From assembly GCA_965116495.1 (NCBI GenBank), contig OZ220696.1:352001-416000 (forward strand): DNA of 64,000 nucleotides, given 5' to 3'. The stretch is from Gammaproteobacteria bacterium. Its GTDB lineage: Bacteria > Pseudomonadota > Gammaproteobacteria > Eutrophobiales > Eutrophobiaceae. The notes beneath the pieces were generated by a model. The model searched no databases. It saw only the letters and a list, made by a program, of their open reading frames with translations, and was not told where the DNA came from. The position numbers were made by a program, and so were the translations under genes. This document shows, piece by piece, positions 56,863 through 64,000 of this stretch (within the stretch, counting starts at the first letter, position 1; each line of letters starts with the position of its first letter).

Positions 56863-59244
56863 CTATTCTCCGTAAGCCCAGCTTAGCTGTGCGCCGAAGG
56901 TGCGTGGCGTCACGGTGAACAACCTGTACGTATCCGGTCCCCAGGAACCGTCTATGTCAATTTTTGCCCGCTTGTCGGTAATGTTGTCCACGAAGAAACG
57001 CAGGCCCCAGTCGCCATGCTGAAAATTGGCGCTCAGGTTCAACAGGAAATAATCTCCAATTTCAACAAAGCCGGGAAAGTTGTCGTTGAAGAACGTGTCG
57101 GATTCACCCGTGTAGGAGAAATTGCCGCGCAGTGATGCTTCCGTGTTATCCAGCATGGTAAACGGGAACGTATATTCCATGGTGCCGGAGAAAGCCCACT
57201 CGGGCACTTTTGGTATATTGTCGCCGTCCACACCCAGGGGAGGGGTAAACCCCGGTGCAGCCAGGCCCGGGTCTACAACTTGATCTTCGGTCAGTTCCGC
57301 ATTGAGCCAGGTGGCGCCGAAGTGCAGCAAAAATTGATCCGTCGGCCGCGCGGACAGTTCAAGCTCGAGCCCGTCCACCTCAGCCTCCGCCGCGTTGGAA
57401 ATGAACTCGACAGCGCCGGTGGGCTCCACGCCGGGCACCTGCATGTTGTCCCAGAACATCTTGAAATACGTCGCATTCAGGGTGATCCGGTCGTCGTTCC
57501 AGGAGGTCTTGGCACCAACCTCGACGCTCAGGACTTCGTCTGAAGTGAACGCAGCGGGGATGCTGATACCGAAAGCGGATGCTGTCGAAGCATCGTTTAT
57601 CCCCCCCTGCCTGAAACCGGTCGCAGCGCGTACGTAGTACATCTGGCTGTCAGTGGGTGCAAAGGACAGGCTGGCATCCCAGGTTATTTCGTCTTCCTTT
57701 GCGACATCATCAACTGTTACTGTCGGAGTAGTCTGGATCGGACCGCCGAACAACGGTGGGATGGTAAAAGCGATACTGCCCTGGAAGGCCTGCAGGGTCT
57801 GCTCCAGGTTATCCTGTTCCGAGTCAAAATAACGCACGCCGCCGCCCAGGGTAATCTGCTCCGTTACCTCGAAATCAACGTGGCCGAATACCGCGAAGAA
57901 CTCAAAATCGATATCCTGGCTGCGGGCGAACGCCAGGGAAGCGCCGGCCAGCGCCGGGTCCGTGATACATTCATCCCTGCTGCGGCAAACGGGTATGCCT
58001 GTGACTATGTCGCCGGCCAGGATATCCAGTTCGGAGTACGTCTCATCGTCTTCGTAGAAGAAACCGCCGACAAAGTTGACCGGACCGTCAAGGTTGGAAC
58101 TGAAGCGGATTTCCGCGTTGAATACATCGCGGTCCTGGAACTGGTGAATGCCGTAGGAGCCGAGCGGAGGACCGAACGCCGGTGGAAAGCCGAATGACAT
58201 GGCGGTGGCCGAGGTGTCTTCCAGAAATTCCACGTTACGCTCGAATTTCGAAATGGAGCCGAGCAGCGAACCGAACCCCAGGTCGTAATCGATGGTGATA
58301 CCGTACATGTCGATATCGTCACCGTAAGGTTCCTGGTGGGCGGTCGATGTCTTCAGGTCGCCGAACGTGCCGTCGAATGCCGGGATAAAATGCGGGAAGG
58401 GCACGACGATCACCTGGGTCGGCGTAAGCAGGCCGCTGGCAACAGGTGCATAGTGCTGGGCGCCGTCCACCTTCGTTTCCTGCATCTGGTAAAACGCATC
58501 GATGGTCAGGTTCTCGTTCGGTGTCAGGCGCGCCATGATGCGGCCGCCGGTTATTTCCGAATCATTAACGTCTTTCAGTTCGGTGGGAGCGTTCAAACCG
58601 GCGTACTGGTCAATATACCCGCCTTGTTCTTTCTGCCAGCCCACCAGGCGCAGGGCAAGCGTGTCCGCAATCAGCGGCACGTTGACCGCGGCGTTGACGG
58701 AGTAACCCTCGTCACCATGCTCGGTCGATTCAAATCCCGCAGAAACATTCATCTCGAACGCGGACGCATCCGGCTTGTTGGTGATGATTCTCACCGCGCC
58801 GCTCATGGAACTGGCCCCGAACAAGGTACCCTGCGGACCTTTCAGCACCTCGATGCGGGCTATGTCATAGGCGCCTATATCGGGCGTACGGCCGCCGCCG
58901 TCCTGGAAGTTGCCGCCGGTGATAGGAGACTCGTCGAAGTAAACACCCACGGTGCTGTCACCGGGTGAGGAAATGCCGCGGATGATCAACTGGGTGTCAC
59001 CCACACCCTGCGTAGCGTATTGCAGCCCCGGTTCCAGGCGGGAGAAATCTTCCAGGGAACGCAGGTCGTGCTTGTCTATGGTATCGCCGGTTATGGCGGT
59101 GATCCCGCCTGCAATGTCCTGTACCGATACTTCGCCGCGTTTGGTCGCGGTAACGACAATTTCTTCAATGCCCTGGGCGTGGACTTCAGACAGACAAAGC
59201 ACAGGTAAGAGTGCAATGATGGAATATTTACTGAAAAATTTCAT
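56863..59244 (-). CDS. TonB-dependent receptor
   Basis: Signal peptide, IEEIVVTATKR and IARIEVLKGPQGTLFG motifs. Confidence 0.95.
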   Translation of the reverse strand: MKFFSKYSIIALLPVLCLSEVHAQGIEEIVVTATKRGEVSVQDIAGGITAITGDTIDKHDLRSLEDFSRLEPGLQYATQGVGDTQLIIRGISSPGDSTVGVYFDESPITGGNFQDGGGRTPDIGAYDIARIEVLKGPQGTLFGASSMSGAVRIITNKPDASAFEMNVSAGFESTEHGDEGYSVNAAVNVPLIADTLALRLVGWQKEQGGYIDQYAGLNAPTELKDVNDSEITGGRIMARLTPNENLTIDAFYQMQETKVDGAQHYAPVASGLLTPTQVIVVPFPHFIPAFDGTFGDLKTSTAHQEPYGDDIDMYGITIDYDLGFGSLLGSISKFERNVEFLEDTSATAMSFGFPPAFGPPLGSYGIHQFQDRDVFNAEIRFSSNLDGPVNFVGGFFYEDDETYSELDILAGDIVTGIPVCRSRDECITDPALAGASLAFARSQDIDFEFFAVFGHVDFEVTEQITLGGGVRYFDSEQDNLEQTLQAFQGSIAFTIPPLFGGPIQTTPTVTVDDVAKEDEITWDASLSFAPTDSQMYYVRAATGFRQGGINDASTASAFGISIPAAFTSDEVLSVEVGAKTSWNDDRITLNATYFKMFWDNMQVPGVEPTGAVEFISNAAEAEVDGLELELSARPTDQFLLHFGATWLNAELTEDQVVDPGLAAPGFTPPLGVDGDNIPKVPEWAFSGTMEYTFPFTMLDNTEASLRGNFSYTGESDTFFNDNFPGFVEIGDYFLLNLSANFQHGDWGLRFFVDNITDKRAKIDIDGSWGPDTYRLFTVTPRTFGAQLSWAYGE

Positions 59245-59383
59245 TTCGTTCCCCGGTTGTTAAATTATCCTGCAAACTGCACAATTCAATACGCGACTGT
59301 GTAAAATGAGCACTTGCCGGTAAAATTATACATAATATTGTAAATAGTTGAAGGTGTCCTGTCCCAAATCCGCCTGGGAACTA

Positions 59384-59646
59384 GTATTCTTTCAACTTGA
59401 TATTGCCATGTTCAGCGGGTCGGGAAGCGGTTGAGCGCAAGGCGCGCCGCGCCGGGAATGGCGCGTCCTTGCCAAGCGGCGTAACGCCGCGGGCGACCGC
59501 TTCCCGGCCCGCCCGCAGGGAGCGACACAGCAACGCCAATACGGCGTTGCAGCCCTTGACAAGGGCGCGTCATTCTCTGCGGGCTGCGCCTTGTCTTGAC
59601 GCCGCTGTGTGGCTCTGAACATGGCAATATCAGGTTGAAAGAGTAC
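59384..59646. mobile_element. MITE with 32-bp terminal inverted repeats, flanked by TA
   Basis: gtattctttcaacttgatattgccatgttcag versus the reverse complement of the right end: 30/32 identical. TA on both sides; no credible ORF. Confidence 0.85.
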
Positions 59647-59665
59647 TAACCAGAGGAGATTATTG

Positions 59666-61267
59666 ATGAATGCCGAAGATAAAACGCAATCAGACGTCAG
59701 TGAGTTGAAAGCCAGTCATCACCCGGAACTGGTCCGGCCCGACATGCGCGGGTTTCTCGAATTATTGCAGGAGAAGGATGAGATCATCGTCATCAAGGAG
59801 GAGGTCGATCCGCGAAATTTTGAGTTGTCGGCCATAGTCCAGCACAGTGAGAACGGACCGAACAAGGCGGTTTTGTTTGAAAACGTGAAGGGCTTCGATA
59901 TGCCGGTGGTGGCGAACCTGTACGGCACCATCCACAGGACGGCGCTGGCCCTGGGCATAGTGCCGACGGATGAGCAGATCAAAAAATATTACGACGACCC
60001 GCGCGGCAGTCCCGGATCACTGGCCGGCATGTCCGGCCGCAAGATGAACGGCTTTTCCATGGACCCCCGCTCCCGGGCGGAGCTGATCCTGATCAAGGAA
60101 CTGTTCCTGGACGCAGACCGCAGGGCCTATAACAAGGAAATACCTTATGTCATGACGGCAGATGCGCCCTGCCAGGAGGTGGTGGTCAGGGACAATATCG
60201 ATATCCTGGGCCTGTTGCCCGTGGTCTGGCACCTGAAGGAAGATGCGGGCCCCTACATCACACCGGGCGGCCTGGTACAGAAGGACCCCGATAACGGCCT
60301 GCTCAATATCGGCGTCCGGCGCCACATGGTGAGCCATGAGCGCTACGCGCCGAACCAGGTCGGCGTGCAGATCGGCACGCAGACGCCCGGCGGGAAGATC
60401 ATCCAGAAATACCATGACCGGGGCGAGCCTTGTCCGATGGCTATCTGCCTGGGGCCCGATCCGGCTACATCGGTACTTTCCACCTACTCATCGCCCCATT
60501 ACTGGATGGAACCGCCATACAGCGAGTTTGACATGACCGGGGTCATCAGCAACAGGCCGCTGGAACTGGTGAAGTGCAAGACCATCGATCTGGAGGTGCC
60601 TGCCAATACGGAAATCGTGATCGAAGGGTTATCGCCACCGCCACCGGATAACAAGATAGATGAAGGCCCGATGATGGAGTTTACCGATTATTCCGGTACG
60701 GTCGTCGAGGCGATACCGTACATGGAAGTCACGGCGGTGACTTACAGGAAGAACCCCATTTTCCATACCTGTATGTCCGGTAACTCCGAGGAGCACCGGG
60801 TGGGCTGTATCTGGGCTTTCTTCGGCTATGAACAAATGGCGCTGGAATTGATCAAAAAGCAGTTTCCGCACGTGGTGGATATCGGCATTGCCGCCGGATC
60901 CCACGCGTTTCATGCGGTGGTATCCATGAAGAAGACCTACGAAGGCGAAGACAGGCAGGTGCTCCAGTACCTGCTGGCGACCCAATACTTCAAGTTTGTG
61001 ACGGTAGTGGATGATGATATCGACCCCCATAACAGCGAGCAGGTCGAGTGGGCCAAGGCAACCCGCGCCGGACGCCGGCCGGAAGATTTCATCATCTCAC
61101 CGCAGATGCCGACCTGGGAAATGGATCCGGAGATTGACCGCCACTGGCGTGTCACAAAACTGGGCATACTGGCAACGCGGGATATCGGCGAGTCATACAC
61201 ACAACCGTCACCGGATAGAGCGATGATGGAAAAAATGCGGACAGTATTCGACAAGTACACGCAGTAA
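59666..61267 (+). CDS. UbiD family (prFMN) decarboxylase
   Basis: AVLFENVKG, EDAGPYIT, EVPANTEIVIEG, EGPMMEFTDY and VVDDDID motifs; RBS gaggag. Confidence 0.9.
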   Translation: MNAEDKTQSDVSELKASHHPELVRPDMRGFLELLQEKDEIIVIKEEVDPRNFELSAIVQHSENGPNKAVLFENVKGFDMPVVANLYGTIHRTALALGIVPTDEQIKKYYDDPRGSPGSLAGMSGRKMNGFSMDPRSRAELILIKELFLDADRRAYNKEIPYVMTADAPCQEVVVRDNIDILGLLPVVWHLKEDAGPYITPGGLVQKDPDNGLLNIGVRRHMVSHERYAPNQVGVQIGTQTPGGKIIQKYHDRGEPCPMAICLGPDPATSVLSTYSSPHYWMEPPYSEFDMTGVISNRPLELVKCKTIDLEVPANTEIVIEGLSPPPPDNKIDEGPMMEFTDYSGTVVEAIPYMEVTAVTYRKNPIFHTCMSGNSEEHRVGCIWAFFGYEQMALELIKKQFPHVVDIGIAAGSHAFHAVVSMKKTYEGEDRQVLQYLLATQYFKFVTVVDDDIDPHNSEQVEWAKATRAGRRPEDFIISPQMPTWEMDPEIDRHWRVTKLGILATRDIGESYTQPSPDRAMMEKMRTVFDKYTQ

Positions 61268-61272
61268 CCGGC

Positions 61273-61408
61273 AAATTTGGGACACCCATAAATTTGGTTC
61301 AAAATTCAGCCGCCCATGGATTGATGGTCAGCCCGAAATTCATGGGTGTCCCAAATTCACACCGGCCCGAAATTTATGGGTGTCCCAAATTTATATCCCA
61401 AATTTATA
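61273..61408. repeat. Family C hairpin with duplicated right arms
   Basis: aaatttgggacacccataaattt followed by two atgggtgtcccaaatt arms and a partial cccaaatttata repeat. Confidence 0.8.
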
Positions 61409-61417
61409 CTGGCAACA

Positions 61418-62695
61418 TTGAATAGGTACTCTACCCGGTTTTTTTATGGTTGGCTGATCACGGCAGCGGCAGGGGTGGGGCTGTGTTTTGGTTATGCCGG
61501 CAGCGTGATATACGGGTTCAGTTCCTTTATTCTGCCGCTGTCCGCGGAGTTCGGCTGGTCGCGTCGGGATATCGGTCTTGCGTTCAGCTTTATGGTGACC
61601 ACCGTTTTTCTTGTGAGTCCGCTGATGGGTGTTTTGCTGGACAGGTATGGCGCGCGCCGCTGCCTGTTGACCGGCACGTTGTTGTTCGGACTGTTCCTGT
61701 CCTCGCTGTGCCTGCTGACTCCCGATATCCGCCATTTTTATGCGATGTTTGTTCTGCTGGGTTTATCCGGCACGGCCACCACGGCAATTTGCTATTCACG
61801 CCTGCTGGTGTCCTGGTTTGAAAAAAGAAAAGGCTGGGCCCTGGGGCTCGCCCTGACCGGTACCGGTGTGGGGGCAATGATTGTTCCACCGTTGATACAG
61901 GCTATTATTCAGACAACCGGGTGGCGTGGAGCCTACCTGGCGCTCGGTGCGCTCAACCTCATCATAGTGGCCCCGCTGCTGTATAAGTTCGTACTCAACT
62001 CGCCGGCAGAAAAAAATACCTGGCCGGATGGTATTCCGCCAACGACCGGGGCTGACGAAGATCGGCAGTTACACATGCGCAAGGGCTTTACTCTCGGCCA
62101 GAGCATGAGACAAGGGGTGTTCTGGAAAATCGTAGTCGGGATATTCCTTATTTCCCTGTCCCAGACAGGCCCGTTTGTGCAACTAATCCCGATCCTGAGA
62201 GACGTGGGACTCGAGGAGTTTGCTGCGGCCACTACCGCGTCCCTGCTGGGTGTTGCGGTAATTGGTTCCCGTCTCGTTTGCGGTTACCTGATGGATCGAT
62301 TCTTTGCCCCGTTTGTTGCCGGCGCATTTCTTGTCGCCCCGGTGTTCGGATTCATTGCGTTTGCCCTTGAGCCGTCCATATGGACAGCAGTGATGGTCAC
62401 CGTCCTGCTGGGAATGGCATACGGCGCCGAGTTCGACATCCTGGGGTTTTTTTGCAGCCAGTATTTCGGCCGTCTCTCGTTCGGCAAGATCTACGGCATC
62501 CTGTTCGCGGTCTACAGCCTGGCGGTTGGAGTGGCGGCGCCGCTGGCAGGCTGGAGCTATGATCAGTCCGGCTCTTACGTGGAGATGTTCGTCGCCGGCG
62601 CGCTGGTCAATCTGCTCGCGGTATTCCTGATCCTGACGCTGGGACGCTACCCTGAATTGCCCACCGTCGTTCCTGCGAAAGCAGGAATCCAGTAG
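61418..62695 (+). CDS. MFS transporter
   Basis: FFYGW, EFGWSR, WFEKRKGWALG and GAEFD...YFG motifs. Start uncertain because the ORF-track start 61346 lies inside a repeat. Confidence 0.88.
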   Translation: MNRYSTRFFYGWLITAAAGVGLCFGYAGSVIYGFSSFILPLSAEFGWSRRDIGLAFSFMVTTVFLVSPLMGVLLDRYGARRCLLTGTLLFGLFLSSLCLLTPDIRHFYAMFVLLGLSGTATTAICYSRLLVSWFEKRKGWALGLALTGTGVGAMIVPPLIQAIIQTTGWRGAYLALGALNLIIVAPLLYKFVLNSPAEKNTWPDGIPPTTGADEDRQLHMRKGFTLGQSMRQGVFWKIVVGIFLISLSQTGPFVQLIPILRDVGLEEFAAATTASLLGVAVIGSRLVCGYLMDRFFAPFVAGAFLVAPVFGFIAFALEPSIWTAVMVTVLLGMAYGAEFDILGFFCSQYFGRLSFGKIYGILFAVYSLAVGVAAPLAGWSYDQSGSYVEMFVAGALVNLLAVFLILTLGRYPELPTVVPAKAGIQ

Positions 62696-62830
62696 GAAAG
62701 GTGTCGCCTTAGGCGACTCGTTATATCACTGGGTTCCCGCTTGCGCGGGAATGACGGAGTTGCGCGGAAATGACGGAGTTGCGCAAATGACGGAGTTGCG
62801 CGGGAATGGCGGAGTTGCGCAGGAACGACA
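62665..62830. repeat. GTC(A/G)TTCC-N-GGAATCCA REP doublet plus four tandem 17-19-bp end repeats
   Basis: cgtcgttcctgcgaaagcaggaatccagt ... actgggttcccgcttgcgcgggaatgacg, then four degenerate gagttgcgcgggaatgacg units. Confidence 0.85.
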
Positions 62831-62844
62831 GCAGGTAATGCTGG

Positions 62845-64000
62845 TCAGAAATCCGGCACCTTCTCCACATCCGGCACCAGCGCTACTTTTTCAAACTCCT
62901 CGCCGAAAGGCCGGGTAGCGTCGATGCCCATGACGGAATAACTACCGTCATCCGGGGCCGAGGGGTCCAGTTGCCACAGGGTCATATTCGGCAGGATCAT
63001 GACGTCTTTTTGTGCCTGGGCGCGGGTGCAGATGGCCCACATCACCTTGTCCATGTCGTGGATGTCGATGTCTTCGTCCACGACGACCGCCAGCTTGCTG
63101 CCCTGGGAACCGAGCAGGGTCGCCAGCACCTGCCTGGCTTCATTGCGGGCATACTGCTTCATGGCGACTATACACATCAGTCCGACACCGCCGGCTCCAT
63201 GAAAATGGACGCGTTTGATACCGGCAAACTTGCGCCTCAGCATAGCGTAGCAGGAAGCCTCCATGGGGATCATTTTCAGTACGTGATTGTCCGTCGTCGG
63301 CACGCCACTCATGCCGGCCAGCAGCACAGGATCATGGCGGTGGGTGATGGCACTGACCTCCATGACGGGTTTGTCCGACGCCTGGGTATAGTAGCCGGTA
63401 TACTCGCCAAACGGGCCTTCATGTTCGCGTACCCCCGGAGGCATCCTGCCTTCTATGATGATTTCCGCGGAGGCCGGTACTTCCAGGTCCAGCGTCTGGC
63501 ACTTGACTACCTCCAGGGGTTCTCCCAGGAACGCGCCTGCCAGGGTCAGTTCATCAACGCCATAGCCTGCTTCCCATTGGGTTGCTATTAACGTGCTGGG
63601 AGCAACACCCAGTGCAATCGCAAGCTCCAGTGGTTTACCCAACGATTCCGCTTTTTTGTAATGAACGCCAAGGTGATGGGGCGGTGGTGACAACACGCCC
63701 AGGCGCCGTTTGCCCAGCACCTGGTGACGATAAATAGAGGCATTCTTGCCGCCGTCCTCGGGATCCCTGCTGATGGCAACACCCAGGGTAATGAACGGAC
63801 CGCCGTCCAGTTCGCAATAAGTCGGGAAGGGTAGCGCAGTGAGGTCAGCCTCATCGCCCAGCCGGATCACTTCATTGCACGGTCCCCGGTCGAGCAGTTT
63901 ATGTTCTTCCAGGTTGTCAATGGCCTCGAGATATTTGGCGTTGGCTTCCTGCTCGGTGGTTTCCAGGGCCTCGAGCATCAGTTGCCGGTTGGCATAGAGT
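62845..64000 (-). CDS. UbiD family decarboxylase (5' end outside window)
   Basis: DGGPFIT, EVPASAEIIIEG, EGPFGEYTGY, VVVDEDID and GIDAT motifs. Confidence 0.92.
   Translation of the reverse strand, partial: LYANRQLMLEALETTEQEANAKYLEAIDNLEEHKLLDRGPCNEVIRLGDEADLTALPFPTYCELDGGPFITLGVAISRDPEDGGKNASIYRHQVLGKRRLGVLSPPPHHLGVHYKKAESLGKPLELAIALGVAPSTLIATQWEAGYGVDELTLAGAFLGEPLEVVKCQTLDLEVPASAEIIIEGRMPPGVREHEGPFGEYTGYYTQASDKPVMEVSAITHRHDPVLLAGMSGVPTTDNHVLKMIPMEASCYAMLRRKFAGIKRVHFHGAGGVGLMCIVAMKQYARNEARQVLATLLGSQGSKLAVVVDEDIDIHDMDKVMWAICTRAQAQKDVMILPNMTLWQLDPSAPDDGSYSVMGIDATRPFGEEFEKVALVPDVEKVPDF

Noticed and set aside
59392-59627. Three short ORFs
   Set aside because: All lie within the MITE and are low-complexity Arg/Ala-rich translations.
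62757-62830. Possible CRISPR array
   Set aside because: Repeats are 17-19 bp, contiguous and have no spacers; no cas genes are present.

Overview
64 kb of GC-rich, probably marine gammaproteobacterial DNA (taxonomy is inference) devoted to nutrient scavenging and catabolism. It carries four TonB-dependent receptors, a hydantoinase/oxoprolinase A+B+B operon, a saccharopine dehydrogenase pair, soxBDAG, a selenium cluster (oxidoreductase-SelD fusion, senB, senA, selA), a protocatechuate-4,5-cleavage-like cluster (ligAB/J/K/U/I/R) with an atypical PobA and no ligC, a P450, a 2OG oxygenase and two UbiD decarboxylases. Several features are not visible in the ORF track. (1) Two in-frame ORFs (55499-56695, minus strand) appear to be one AhpD-like selenoprotein (CFY-UGA-T with a SECIS-like hairpin). 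(2) A REP-associated tyrosine transposase (RAYT) is bounded by inverted repeats and accompanied by internally deleted copies, bare hairpin doublets, and a cargo-carrying composite flanked by a perfect 32-bp direct repeat. Other hairpin families also sit between long duplications. (3) A decayed att-flanked integrative/mobilisable element is inserted in the first codons of the saccharopine reductase gene. (4) An orphan 6S-like structured RNA. All assignments come from reading the sequence; no searches were run.
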